Source: Lentisphaerae bacterium WC36
GTDB taxonomy: Bacteria > Verrucomicrobiota > Lentisphaeria > Victivallales > SZUA-371
Reading direction: 5' to 3'
Length of the DNA: 64,000 nucleotides
NCBI GenBank assembly: GCA_020683205.1
Contig: CP085689.1
Span: 2,162,230 to 2,226,229, forward strand
Both the position numbers and the translations under genes were made by a program. Position 1 is the first letter of the stretch. Each line of letters begins with the position of its first letter. Below are positions 8,441-18,630 of this stretch, in pieces. The notes under the pieces were generated by a model that was not told the origin of the DNA, ran no database searches, and was given only the letters and a program-made list of their open reading frames with translations.

Positions 8441-10558
8441 ATGATAAAAATTGCTGATAATTTTGTAGCAACAGAAAGCGCCATTGATGAAATCGAATAT
8501 GATCAACTTGAGGAAAGTGAATTTAGTCATGAAAAAATTCATAGTTCTTTAGTTGAAGAAACACGTCATTTTTTTATTCCAGATGGTGTGCTTTCAACTC
8601 ACGCCAAATTTTCAGGACGAAAATATGAATATCGTGAACAACAAACAGAGATGGCATTAGCAACTTCAGAAGCATTTAAAAAAAATCACAACCTTTGTGT
8701 TGAAGCGCCAACTGGAGTAGGTAAAAGTTTTGCATATTTAATTCCAGCAATCAACTACGCTGTAAATGAAGTTCGTCCTGTGATTATTACAACTGAAACA
8801 ATCAACCTTCAAGAGCAATTAATTAATAAAGATATTCCATTAATCAAGTCAATTTTAAAGAAGGCAAAAAAAGATAATTATAACTTTAGAGCTGTAATTG
8901 CCAAAGGACGAAGCAATTATTTGTGTTATCGCCGCTTAGCGATTGCCACAGATGAACGTCAAAATGAAATCTTCACAATGAATTCCATGGCTGCAGATGC
9001 TAAGCGCATAGCAGAATGGGCGGTTGAAGATGCAGTTGAAGGATCAATGAGCGAGATAAAGTTTCGTTTTGATGCCTCAGTATGGAGTTATTTGTGTAGC
9101 GAAGGCGGTAATTGTCGAGGTCCAAAGTGTGATTTCTTTAAAAAATGTTTTTACTGGAAAGCACGAAGGGAATGGGATCGAGCAGATATTATTATAGCTA
9201 ATCATGCATTATTTTTTACTGATATGAAAATTCGCTACATCGAAGAAGCTGAAGGTAATTTATTACCAGCATACAGTGCGGTAATTGTCGACGAAGCACA
9301 CGTTATTGAAGATACCGCGGCATCACAATTGGGAATTTTTGTTGCAGAAAGTGGTGTTAAATCATATTTAAATCGTCTATATAATGCTGAAAACGGTAAA
9401 GGGTTGTTAGTTCGTTCAGGAGAATTAGCAACTAAAATTAGAGCAAAAATTGCAGAACTTTTTGAGGCATCTACAGCATTTTTTTCATTAATCAATAATT
9501 TATTTAACGAATTAAATGTTAATAATTCAGAAAATACCATCAGAGTTACAACTCCACATATTGTGCCAGACACATTAACGGAAATATTTGGCGATTTAAG
9601 TGATCTGTTAAATAAATACATTGAAGAATTGGCGTTTAATGAAGATGACGATTTTAAACAGGAAATGGAAGCACAATTACTTCGCTGTGATGGTTTTATT
9701 GCGATGATTTTTAATTTTTTAAACATGAGTTTAGAGTCACACGTTTATTGGTTAGAAAAAACTCTTGGGGTAAATAGTAATATTACGTTACAGTCTGCGC
9801 CTTTAGACGTTAATGATCACCTTTTTAGATTATTGTTTAACCAAGATCGTCCAGTGATCGTAACAAGCGCAACGCTAGCAGTTAATGATTCGTTACAATA
9901 TTTCCGTCAGCGTTCTGGGTATGCAAATGGAGGTGAATTAATTTTAGATTCACCATTTGATCCTAAGCAATTAACTTTATATTTACCTAAATATATGCCA
10001 AATCCAAACGATACAAGTTTTGATGAAGCGGCAGCCAAACAAATTATTAATTTCACAAAAAAAACACATGGCAAAGCATTTGTGTTGTTTACAAGCTACC
10101 GCTCTTTGGTTAATTGTGCAGAATTAACTGAAGAATTTTTTGAAGATAACGATATAACTCAGTTAGTTCAAGGTCGTGACATGGGACGTAGTCGCATGGT
10201 TGAAATTTTTAAAGAAGATATTGATTCAGTATTATTTGGTACTACCAGTTTTTGGACTGGAGTAGACGTTCCAGGTGAAGCGTTAAGCAATGTTATTGTG
10301 ACAAAATTACCGTTTGCCGTACCGAGTCACCCGTTAATTAAAGCACGTTGTGAAAAAATTGAAGCACAAAATAAGAGTCCATTTTTCTATTATTCATTAC
10401 CTGAAGCAATTTTAAAACTTCGTCAGGGTATTGGTAGATTAATTCGTAGTCGTCAAGATGAGGGTATTGTCGTACTTTTAGATAATCGTGTAACGACCAA
10501 AGGTTATGGTAAAACAATTCTTAATTCATTACCGCCTTTTCCAATTGAATATTTTTAA
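8441..10558 (+). CDS. dinG: DinG/Rad3-family ATP-dependent DNA helicase
   Basis: Walker A VEAPTGVGKSFAYLIPA; DEAH-like VVDEAHVIED; a Cys cluster (CSEGGNCRGPKCDFFKKC) for an Fe-S domain; 705 aa. Confidence 0.75.
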   Translation: MIKIADNFVATESAIDEIEYDQLEESEFSHEKIHSSLVEETRHFFIPDGVLSTHAKFSGRKYEYREQQTEMALATSEAFKKNHNLCVEAPTGVGKSFAYLIPAINYAVNEVRPVIITTETINLQEQLINKDIPLIKSILKKAKKDNYNFRAVIAKGRSNYLCYRRLAIATDERQNEIFTMNSMAADAKRIAEWAVEDAVEGSMSEIKFRFDASVWSYLCSEGGNCRGPKCDFFKKCFYWKARREWDRADIIIANHALFFTDMKIRYIEEAEGNLLPAYSAVIVDEAHVIEDTAASQLGIFVAESGVKSYLNRLYNAENGKGLLVRSGELATKIRAKIAELFEASTAFFSLINNLFNELNVNNSENTIRVTTPHIVPDTLTEIFGDLSDLLNKYIEELAFNEDDDFKQEMEAQLLRCDGFIAMIFNFLNMSLESHVYWLEKTLGVNSNITLQSAPLDVNDHLFRLLFNQDRPVIVTSATLAVNDSLQYFRQRSGYANGGELILDSPFDPKQLTLYLPKYMPNPNDTSFDEAAAKQIINFTKKTHGKAFVLFTSYRSLVNCAELTEEFFEDNDITQLVQGRDMGRSRMVEIFKEDIDSVLFGTTSFWTGVDVPGEALSNVIVTKLPFAVPSHPLIKARCEKIEAQNKSPFFYYSLPEAILKLRQGIGRLIRSRQDEGIVVLLDNRVTTKGYGKTILNSLPPFPIEYF

Positions 10559-10648
10559 TTTTTAAACAATTCAATATTTGAAATAAATCTCCCATTATAG
10601 TAGTTTAAGTTGTACAATCTAAAAACAAAAATTCATAAGGAGAACACC

Positions 10649-11377
10649 ATGAAGTCAAAAAAATTTTTTAATTTCACCGAATTAATTGTAGTTATCACCG
10701 TCATCATAATTGCCTTAATGTTTTTATTCCCATTTTTAACAGGTCATCAACCTTACAGAAGAGAAAAGGCTCGCCAAATAGCTTGTGCCAGCAACCTTAA
10801 ACAGATTGGGACAGGCATTTGTATGTATGCATTAGAAAATGATGACAAGCTCCCTGCCGCAACTCTACCAAAAGAAAAAACTTTTGATGGTAATAAACTC
10901 TTAAAGAAATACAAGATTAGTGACACAAATTATTTTGCTGGAACAAATTTGGCAGGTACTTCTGCCGGAAACTTTGAAGAATTGCGCCTTTCTGGGATCT
11001 TGAAAGATGCTAAAATTTACAAGTGTCCATCATCTATTGATACAACTGGAACAATGGACATAGCATTAAAAAATGATGAATATTCTTATGCTTATGCAGT
11101 TGGCTTGGTCGTAGGTTCAAGTTTAATTATGGGCATGCCTGATTCTGGCGTTGTTGCTGATGTTATTGAAGGTAAAAACGTCAATCACGAAAATTATGGA
11201 AATACTTTATTTCTAGATGCTCATGTTATGGGGCAAAATGAAGTAACTTGGTATAAAAATAGTGGCATGTGGCAAAACAAGGCACCTACAAAAATGTTAC
11301 AAACAACTGATGAGATGTTTAATGACTCAACCCTTCACCCAACCCCAACTGTAAAAAATGAAACTGAAAAAAATTAA
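10649..11377 (+). CDS. Prepilin-type N-terminal domain protein (type II secretion pseudopilin-like, with an H-X9-D C-terminal motif)
   Basis: MKSKKFFN/FTELIVV N-terminus resembles a class-III signal plus hydrophobic helix; ATG at 10649 with AAGGAG at 10637-10642 (the ORF track begins at an upstream in-frame start, 10610); NHENYGNTLFLDAH near the C-terminus. Confidence 0.6.
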   Translation: MKSKKFFNFTELIVVITVIIIALMFLFPFLTGHQPYRREKARQIACASNLKQIGTGICMYALENDDKLPAATLPKEKTFDGNKLLKKYKISDTNYFAGTNLAGTSAGNFEELRLSGILKDAKIYKCPSSIDTTGTMDIALKNDEYSYAYAVGLVVGSSLIMGMPDSGVVADVIEGKNVNHENYGNTLFLDAHVMGQNEVTWYKNSGMWQNKAPTKMLQTTDEMFNDSTLHPTPTVKNETEKN

Positions 11378-12107
11378 TTATTTTAATCTTACGGAATTAA
11401 TTGTTATAATTTTTATTTTGTTAATTATTACAATTCTGACGGTTCCACTACTAGAGCCTACATGTCGACCTCGTGAAAGAAAAATTTCTTGCGCTAGTAA
11501 TCTAAAAGTAATTGGCACAGCATTAATTATGTACTCATTAGAACATGATGACCAATTTCCAAGAACTACTGCACCAAAAGCAACTTATTATAATAGAGAT
11601 AGACTATTAAAAAATTATAATATTGCTAATAACGATTACTTCACAGGTACTAATTTAGCGGGAACCTCTGCTGGGAACTTTGAAGAATTGCGCCTTGATG
11701 GAGTATTAAAAGATACAACAGCTTTTCTTTGTCCACAATCAAGTGATAACGCTGCAAAAAAAGATAAAGCGATGAAGTATGAACAAACTTCTTACGCCTA
11801 TGCTTTTGGCATGGTTGCTAACGAAAATATTACAAAGATGACTCCAGATTCAGGAGTGGTTGCTGACGCAATTGATAGTAAATTGAACAACCCAAAAACC
11901 AATCATGAAAATTTTGGGAATATTCTTTATTTAGATATTCATGTTGCTGGCTACAAAGGAGCAACTTGGTATAAAAATAGTGGCATGTGGCAAAACAAGG
12001 CACCTACAAAAATATTACAAACAACTGATGAAATGTTTAATGATTCAACCCTTCATTCAACACCGACTATGCCAATTCAAAAAACTAAAATTGAAACTAC
12101 TCCATAA
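11358..12107 (+). CDS. Prepilin-type N-terminal domain protein, paralogue of 10649..11377 (overlaps it by 20 nt)
   Basis: MKLKKINYFN/LTELIVII N-terminus; shares with the upstream paralogue the blocks GTNLAGTSAGNFEELRL, NHENFGNILYLDIH and WYKNSGMWQNKAPTK. Confidence 0.6.
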   Translation: MKLKKINYFNLTELIVIIFILLIITILTVPLLEPTCRPRERKISCASNLKVIGTALIMYSLEHDDQFPRTTAPKATYYNRDRLLKNYNIANNDYFTGTNLAGTSAGNFEELRLDGVLKDTTAFLCPQSSDNAAKKDKAMKYEQTSYAYAFGMVANENITKMTPDSGVVADAIDSKLNNPKTNHENFGNILYLDIHVAGYKGATWYKNSGMWQNKAPTKILQTTDEMFNDSTLHSTPTMPIQKTKIETTP

Positions 12108-12146
12108 AAAAACAAATAGATTCATAAAAAATTTTCTAATTAATTG

Positions 12147-12188
12147 ACCATATCAAAATAGATTTCAACTAATTGATATGGTTTTTTA
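12147..12188 (+). terminator. Putative terminator hairpin (accatatcaa…ttgatatggt plus a T-run)
   Basis: 10-bp perfect inverted repeat with a 16-nt loop followed by TTTTTT. Confidence 0.4.
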
Positions 12189-12242
12189 TGTAATTTTTAT
12201 GCTCAAAACAAAAAAATAATAATATTTATGCCAAAATATTGC

Positions 12243-12285
12243 TTGCATTGTTTTATATTTACCAGTATACTGTATTATAGTATAC
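12243..12285 (+). promoter_or_regulatory. Sigma-70-like promoter (TTGCAT-17 bp-TATACT) overlapping the dyad GTATAC-N9-GTATAC, a candidate PadR operator
   Basis: -35 TTGCAT at 12243-12248, 17-nt spacer, -10 TATACT at 12266-12271; dyad at 12265-12285; about 100 nt upstream of the 12386 ORF. Confidence 0.4.
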
Positions 12286-12385
12286 CACAAAAAATAATAG
12301 TCAAAGATAGGTCATACAAAGAAAGTAGTACTCGTTATTAAAATTAATTAATGTAGTTTTAACCTTTATTAACAAGGAGAAAAAA

Positions 12386-13354
12386 ATGTTTACTAGGATT
12401 TCAAGAAAAAAAAGCTGGCTTGCAAAAACTGCTGTTTTATTCACATCTGTATATCTAACAACAGTAATCACAGCGTGTTCAACAACCAATAAAGATGCAA
12501 AAGCACCAAAAATTGTTGCGACTTACCCTAAAAATTTAACCAATGATGTGCCGTTCGGCAAAATGCAAGTTTCAGTAACTTTTGATCAAGCAATGGGTTC
12601 GGGTTATTCATGGTGTAGTAACAGCAAATTTGCAATACCACAAAGTGAGTATAGACCTTATTACTCAAAAGATTTAAAAACTTGCTATCGAGATGTTGTT
12701 CTTGAACCAGATACAATTTATTATACCTCTTTCAATGCGAAAAAATTTGAATCTTTTAGAGCAAAAGACACCAAAAAACCTTCAAAACCATACGTTTTAA
12801 TTTTTGCAACTAAAACTCTCAACGGTAAACCAGGAACTATTCCTCAAGAAATAATTGATAAAGTAAACGCTCAAAATAATTGTTCAGAAGGTATCAAAAA
12901 ATTTGTTGAGGAAAAAGAAAATAGAAATAATCTTAATAAAAAACCAATTAGTTTAAACAGACCTAAGATTGTAAAGACATACCCAAAAACTCTAACAAAT
13001 AATGTTGACGCTGGAGCAATTACTTTAAGCGTTGAATTTGATCAAAAAATGGTCGATGGAGCTTGGAGTTGGTGCAATATTTCTCAAGACACATTTCCAT
13101 TGGGTGATAATAAACCATTTTTTAATGAAGATAAAAAAATCTGTAAATTAAAAGCAACTGTAGAACCTGGAAAAGTTTACTGGATTGGTTTTAATAGTAC
13201 TCGCTACAATTCATTTAGCAGTGCATCAAAATATAACTTTAGAGCAATGCCATATATTTTAGTATTCGCAACTAAAGATAAAAATGGCAAACCAACTCCG
13301 ATTCCAGAAAAATATATAAATGCAGTGAAAAAAGTTAATGAATCTCAACAATAA
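12386..13354 (+). CDS. Lipoprotein with two tandem Ig-like domains, paralogous to the ectodomain of 13716..14894
   Basis: Lipobox VITAC; two ~110-aa repeats, each YPKxLTNxVxxGxxxxSVxFDQxM…WSWC…C…LEPxxxYxIxFNS…PYxLxFATK…GKP; AGGAG RBS. Confidence 0.55.
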   Translation: MFTRISRKKSWLAKTAVLFTSVYLTTVITACSTTNKDAKAPKIVATYPKNLTNDVPFGKMQVSVTFDQAMGSGYSWCSNSKFAIPQSEYRPYYSKDLKTCYRDVVLEPDTIYYTSFNAKKFESFRAKDTKKPSKPYVLIFATKTLNGKPGTIPQEIIDKVNAQNNCSEGIKKFVEEKENRNNLNKKPISLNRPKIVKTYPKTLTNNVDAGAITLSVEFDQKMVDGAWSWCNISQDTFPLGDNKPFFNEDKKICKLKATVEPGKVYWIGFNSTRYNSFSSASKYNFRAMPYILVFATKDKNGKPTPIPEKYINAVKKVNESQQ

Positions 13355-13716
13355 TGAAAAAATTATTAAGGAGTTTAACTATGAGTTTTAATAATTGGCA
13401 AAGCCAAATGCGTAAAGGGTTATTGAACATTATCATTTTGAATGTTTTAAAACACAAGCGCTGCCATGGCTATGAAATGGTAAAAATATTGGATAAAACC
13501 ATGAATGTATCGCTTAGTGCGGGTAATATCTACCCAGTACTAGCACGCATGAAAAAAGATAATTTAGTTGATTCTGAAAATCAAGTTTCAAAGGATGGCC
13601 CTCCAAGAAAATACTTTTTTTTAACTTCAGCCGGAGAAGCGGAATTAGAAAAAATGAACCAACACTTCGAAAATATTTTTAACAACCTCGAATCAATTAA
13701 AAAAGGAGTACTATAA
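13354..13716 (+). CDS. padR: PadR-family transcriptional regulator
   Basis: Winged HTH (GYEMVKILDK…GNIYPVLARMKKDNLV…PRKYFFLTSAGEAEL); 120 aa; start overlaps the upstream stop. Confidence 0.8.
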   Translation: MKKLLRSLTMSFNNWQSQMRKGLLNIIILNVLKHKRCHGYEMVKILDKTMNVSLSAGNIYPVLARMKKDNLVDSENQVSKDGPPRKYFFLTSAGEAELEKMNQHFENIFNNLESIKKGVL

Positions 13717-14894
13717 TGAATGATATTGAACATAAATGGCAGAAAGCACGCAAAAAATATCTTAAGGATTTAAAGAAAATCTTAAATTATTCAAAATCAA
13801 AATCAAAAAAAGAGATTCTCGAAAATGTTGCTTTACATTTAGATGAACAATATGCTGAAATGGCTAATGATAAAAATTTTGATAACCATAATATTGCTGA
13901 AATCATCAAAAATATGGGTAACGTCGAAGATTATGTTGAGGATTACCAAACACCTTCACTAAGCAAATTACGTTTTCGCAAACTTCTGCGTGTCATATTC
14001 GGAACAATAATTTTTATTTCAGTTGGACTAATTGCATTTATTGGTTATAGAATGTTATTGTTTAAATTTGGCTCTCAGCCAGTTGTTGTTGAAACCTACC
14101 CAGCACAATTAGCAAATGATGTTCCTTTCGGAAAAGTTAAACTTCATGTAAAATATGACCAAAGTATGGCGGGAGGTTATTCATGGTGTCATACCTCTGA
14201 TATAGCTCGCCCTAGAGGGACCAAGCGCCCATATTATAGTAACGACAGAAAAACCTGCTACTACGAGGCAATTCTTGAACCAAGCACCGTATATTATATT
14301 AAATTTAATAGCAAAGGATATGAGGCATTTAGATCTCAAAAATCTTTTAAGGCTGCAAAATACCATACCTTAATTTTTGCTACAAAATCTGTTGATGGAA
14401 AATCAACAAAAATTGCTCAAAAATATATTGATATGGTTAATGAAAATAATAATAATAATGTTAAGAAAACAGATCAAAAAGATAAAAAAGTTAAACGTTT
14501 TTCTATTCCAAAAGTGGTAAAAACATTTCCTAAAACATTGAGTAATGATGTTAATTTTGGCGATGTGACTTTAAGTGTGGAGTTTGATCAAAAAATGATT
14601 AATCGTTCATGGTCATGGTGCTATAAAGACAAAACAATGTATCCAGAGATTACTGGAACTCCATATTATGATAAAGAACGCAAAGTTTGTAATATGACGG
14701 CAAAATTAGAACCGGGAAAAATATATTGGATTGGACTTAATACAGGGCTAAATACTAATTTTAAAAGCGAATCGCATGAATTTGCAGCAACACCATACAT
14801 CTTGCTATTCTCGACAAAAACTAAAGATGGAAAACCAACTCCTATACCAGAGAAATTTCAAAAAGTAGCAAAAGCAATAAATGATAATCAATAA
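13716..14894 (+). CDS. Membrane protein with N-terminal HAAS/DUF1700-like domain, one TM helix, and two extracytoplasmic Ig-like domains
   Basis: The start overlaps the padR stop (ATGA). The N-terminal ~90 aa are a charged helical domain (typical PadR partner), then the TM helix IFGTIIFISVGLIAFIGY, then two repeats homologous to those in 12386..13354. Confidence 0.6.
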   Translation: MNDIEHKWQKARKKYLKDLKKILNYSKSKSKKEILENVALHLDEQYAEMANDKNFDNHNIAEIIKNMGNVEDYVEDYQTPSLSKLRFRKLLRVIFGTIIFISVGLIAFIGYRMLLFKFGSQPVVVETYPAQLANDVPFGKVKLHVKYDQSMAGGYSWCHTSDIARPRGTKRPYYSNDRKTCYYEAILEPSTVYYIKFNSKGYEAFRSQKSFKAAKYHTLIFATKSVDGKSTKIAQKYIDMVNENNNNNVKKTDQKDKKVKRFSIPKVVKTFPKTLSNDVNFGDVTLSVEFDQKMINRSWSWCYKDKTMYPEITGTPYYDKERKVCNMTAKLEPGKIYWIGLNTGLNTNFKSESHEFAATPYILLFSTKTKDGKPTPIPEKFQKVAKAINDNQ

Positions 14895-14914
14895 ATTATT
14901 AAACAAATAAAACT

Positions 14915-14956
14915 ACGTCATCAATCGTTATAGCCCGATTGATGACGTAATTTTTT
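14915..14956 (+). terminator. Rho-independent terminator (13-bp stem acgtcatcaatcg / cgattgatgacgt plus a T-run)
   Basis: Perfect 13-bp inverted repeat with an 8-nt loop followed by AATTTTTT. Confidence 0.6.
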
Positions 14957-16083
14957 ACAAGGAAAATTAAATATGAGAAAATCAATGTTATATAAATTTT
15001 TTAGGATTGGAAAAATTCCTCTAAAAATTCGCAAAACATTTAATGAAAATAAAATTAAGTTTAAAGAAGAAGGAATTAAAACATCAGTAATATTCACAAA
15101 ATTTATGTCAAAAAATCATACAACCCTTTACCGCAAAATGATTGGTTCTTCAGCAATTTTATAACTGACGATAAATTTATTATTCATACAAATTTCACTA
15201 ATATAGTCAATGTACTTCTCGATCATAAAAAATTTAAAACATTAATTATTTCAATACCAAAACAAAACCTTTTACTGATTAAATTTAATGCTGAAAATTT
15301 TAACAATTCACAAAAAGGAGATATTAAAATAAATCTCAAAACAGAAAATGATCAAAAGTTATTACATTTATTAAATATAACATTAATTAATAATTTTTAA
15401 TGTGCTTTTATCTTGATTTTTTGGAAACTGTTGAAAAAATAATGGACATTAACTATAAGATAAAACTTGGTAAAAACATAATTTTAGACATTAAAGCACT
15501 TCTTATTTATCTTTTTTTCAACTTAGCTGAGGTATTTTATTTTTTTAAATCAACTACTATATTACAAATTTGTTGCAAAGAATTAAAGTCTGCAAATGGA
15601 TACATTGAATAATATCGAAATAAAAAATATTTTGCCTTTTCAACGAAATTAAATCTACTAATTATCATTAATACTATTCAAAATGATACTGTTATAGTGA
15701 AAATCACTTCATTGTATAATTGCATCGAAAAACAATCACAATAAAGATAATTAGAAATACTTAAACAAGCAAATGACGTCATTTCCAAACAACTTTTTTA
15801 TCACTTGAAATTTCAAATTCACAATTAAACTTTAATAGTAATCTATTAAATAAATCCCAATCCGATTTTTCCGCCACCACTTTAGGATCTATACAGTCAT
15901 CATAATAAAACCATAACAAATCTACAAAATAATAAACTACGTCATCATCAGAAGTAATTTTAAACAAAATATCATTTAACTCAAATGCAGTGATTTCTTC
16001 ATTCACATACTTTCTAATAGCATCAATTAAAGCAACCCGAGCGCGTCTATCATTATTTACTCCCCATATTTATTATTCCCTAT

Positions 16084-16947
16084 TTATTTTGGAGGAGGTT
16101 TAAGCTTATAAGTTCGCGTAGTATCAGACTTAATTTTGACTTTGATATCAAAATTATATTGAACACCAGTGCCACGTTTGAATTTACACTCATTATAATA
16201 TTTCATTGCTTCTGGCAATAATTTTTGAAGCTCCTCAAGGCGATCTTCACTCATTGGATGCGTTGATAAAAAGACCTCAAATGCCCCCACTTGAGATATT
16301 TCGCCAAACTTTTTCCAAAAATTGAGTGCCGCCTGCGGGTGATATCCTGCCTTTGCCATAAAAATAAGACCTAAATGATCTGCCTCATATTCATGTTTGC
16401 GGCTATATGGCAAACTAACACCAACATTCAACGTAGCTTGTGTCAATGCAGATGCAGCCTGACTTTCTAAAACAATACCAGCCGCAGTTGATGCCATATT
16501 TTTTAAAATATCTTGCGAAATCTGCTCTCCGCTATGCCGAGCAATTGCATGAGCAATTTCGTGTCCAACCACTGTAGCTAACTCTGCATCATTAGCAGTA
16601 TAATCAAATAATCCTGAAAATACCCCCACTTTTCCACCAGGCAAACAAAAGGCATTTGCCTGCTTGTTATCAAAAACGATAAACTCCCAGTCATAGTCAT
16701 TTTCTATTGCTATAGATAAATTACGCCCTACTCGCTTTAAGGCATCGTTATAACGCTCATTAGTACTCTTTTTATACTGTTTCTTTAATTGCTCCCATGA
16801 TTCTACGCCAATTTCCTGCTCTTTACTTTCACTTAAAATCAATAATTGGCAACGATTGGTGTATGGTACACTACGGCATGCATTAGTTAAAACAATTAAC
16901 ATGATTAACAACGTAACCTTTAGCATATTATAACATAATTTAGCCAT
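16084..16947 (-). CDS. M48-family zinc metallopeptidase, lipoprotein
   Basis: HEIAHAIARH (HExxH) plus a downstream E; lipobox LTNAC; 287 aa. Confidence 0.75.
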   Translation of the reverse strand: MAKLCYNMLKVTLLIMLIVLTNACRSVPYTNRCQLLILSESKEQEIGVESWEQLKKQYKKSTNERYNDALKRVGRNLSIAIENDYDWEFIVFDNKQANAFCLPGGKVGVFSGLFDYTANDAELATVVGHEIAHAIARHSGEQISQDILKNMASTAAGIVLESQAASALTQATLNVGVSLPYSRKHEYEADHLGLIFMAKAGYHPQAALNFWKKFGEISQVGAFEVFLSTHPMSEDRLEELQKLLPEAMKYYNECKFKRGTGVQYNFDIKVKIKSDTTRTYKLKPPPK

Positions 16948-16977
16948 CTATAATTACTCCTTTTTTAAGAGGTCATT

Positions 16978-18465
16978 TTATTCGTCAAACTCATCTTCTG
17001 GATCATAACCATCTTTTGGCTTTTTATCGCCTTTAGAATCTTCCTCTGAATCTAATTTTAAGTCACTTTGAGCATCTTCGGAAAATACTGTATATCCTAA
17101 ATATTTACGTTTCTGACGTAGAATTTTTTCGGCATTGCTTTCATCTGCAAACGAAGTATAAACAGCCGCTAATGAATCAGCAACTAAGGTTTTATGAATT
17201 AAATTTCTACTTTTCTTAAAATCATTAACCAAATATTTCGTCAACAGTTTTTTATCCAATTTAGTAAACAAGTTACCATTTTTTGTTTTTTCATATACCA
17301 TTAAAGCTTTTACCAAAGAATCTGTACGATATAAATTTTGTTTTAAAGCCTTTTTCAATAATGAATTTGCTTTTTCCTCGCCATCTGAATACAGTCTTTC
17401 AATAATAACTTTTGCCATAAAGTATGGACGAATATTTGCTGGCAATTTTTTATAACTTACTCTAATTGCTAAAAGTTCTTGTAAACTTTGATTATATTTG
17501 TCTTCCTTATTAGTAATATGTAATAGTGGCAACTCAAAGTAATAGATATTTACATTATTTTTATTTTTTATTTTAGCATTACTTAAATATTTTTGCATTT
17601 CCTCAATTTTACCAACATTTGAAGCTTTTTTATAACTTGAAAAATCACTATCAAAGGCTTTCATTCCTTGAAACACTTCACTAGCAATCGCTGTTAATTT
17701 GCTCATTTGAGTTCTATTTAAACGTGCTCTGCGAGCATGGGTGAATACTTCTTCGATATGAACAACAAGGTCATTATATTGTTGATATTCATAATTTAAA
17801 CGCACATTAATATATGAATAATTGGCAATTTTTCCTGAATCATTTTCAGGAATATCTAAACCATTCAAGCATGCGTCAAAACTGTCACGTGAAAATGATT
17901 TAAAATTACTTTTTTTTCCTTTTAATACCACATAGTCATTATAATTAAACAAAAAATTTAAAAATTTTGTCAACGAATCATGATTAAAAGAAAAATAATC
18001 TAATCTGCCATCAAGGAACTTCTGACTATTTTCTTCTTGGCTTGAATATAATAAACTTAATATATAAATAGCACTATACTCAGGACTTGTAAATCTCAAT
18101 CTATTATTGACAAATTCATCGGCACAATCAGAGTATTCACCTTTTGCAAACATTTTTTTTGCTTTTAATGCTCCCTGAGGATTATCAGCATCTTTATCTG
18201 TTGAACCATCTTTTCGGTCTTCTTTTTTCTTCTTTTTACTTCTATCACGTGAAATTTCGGTGTTAGTTCCAAATCCTTTCTCTCGCTTAAATCCAAAATT
18301 ATTTTTTGCGGCATTAGCTACTATTGAATTAATTAAAAACACGGCCACAATTAAACCGATAGTCCCAAACTTTAACTTCATTTTTACACCTTTGTATTGT
18401 TTTTTTGTTTTGTTTTTCTGCTTTGTCCAAATATCATTCAAATGATAATTATTAATGTTTCTCAA
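16978..18465 (-). CDS. Hypothetical membrane-anchored/secreted protein with a Lys-rich linker and an acidic C-terminus
   Basis: N-terminal TM/signal (FGTIGLIVAVFLINSIVANA), then a K/E-rich segment, ending …DGYDPEDEFDE; 495 aa. Confidence 0.5.
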   Translation of the reverse strand: MRNINNYHLNDIWTKQKNKTKKQYKGVKMKLKFGTIGLIVAVFLINSIVANAAKNNFGFKREKGFGTNTEISRDRSKKKKKEDRKDGSTDKDADNPQGALKAKKMFAKGEYSDCADEFVNNRLRFTSPEYSAIYILSLLYSSQEENSQKFLDGRLDYFSFNHDSLTKFLNFLFNYNDYVVLKGKKSNFKSFSRDSFDACLNGLDIPENDSGKIANYSYINVRLNYEYQQYNDLVVHIEEVFTHARRARLNRTQMSKLTAIASEVFQGMKAFDSDFSSYKKASNVGKIEEMQKYLSNAKIKNKNNVNIYYFELPLLHITNKEDKYNQSLQELLAIRVSYKKLPANIRPYFMAKVIIERLYSDGEEKANSLLKKALKQNLYRTDSLVKALMVYEKTKNGNLFTKLDKKLLTKYLVNDFKKSRNLIHKTLVADSLAAVYTSFADESNAEKILRQKRKYLGYTVFSEDAQSDLKLDSEEDSKGDKKPKDGYDPEDEFDE

Positions 18466-18630
18466 AATTTATTTTGGACTGTAATTATGCCTTATATAAG
18501 AAATTATAAAAAAATCCATAATTTAATTAACACACTATGACAATTAAAAATAGTATCAATTTGATCAAATTTCAAATAGATACTACCAAATAACTATCAT
18601 TAGACATTTTATATTTTTAAGAATATACAA

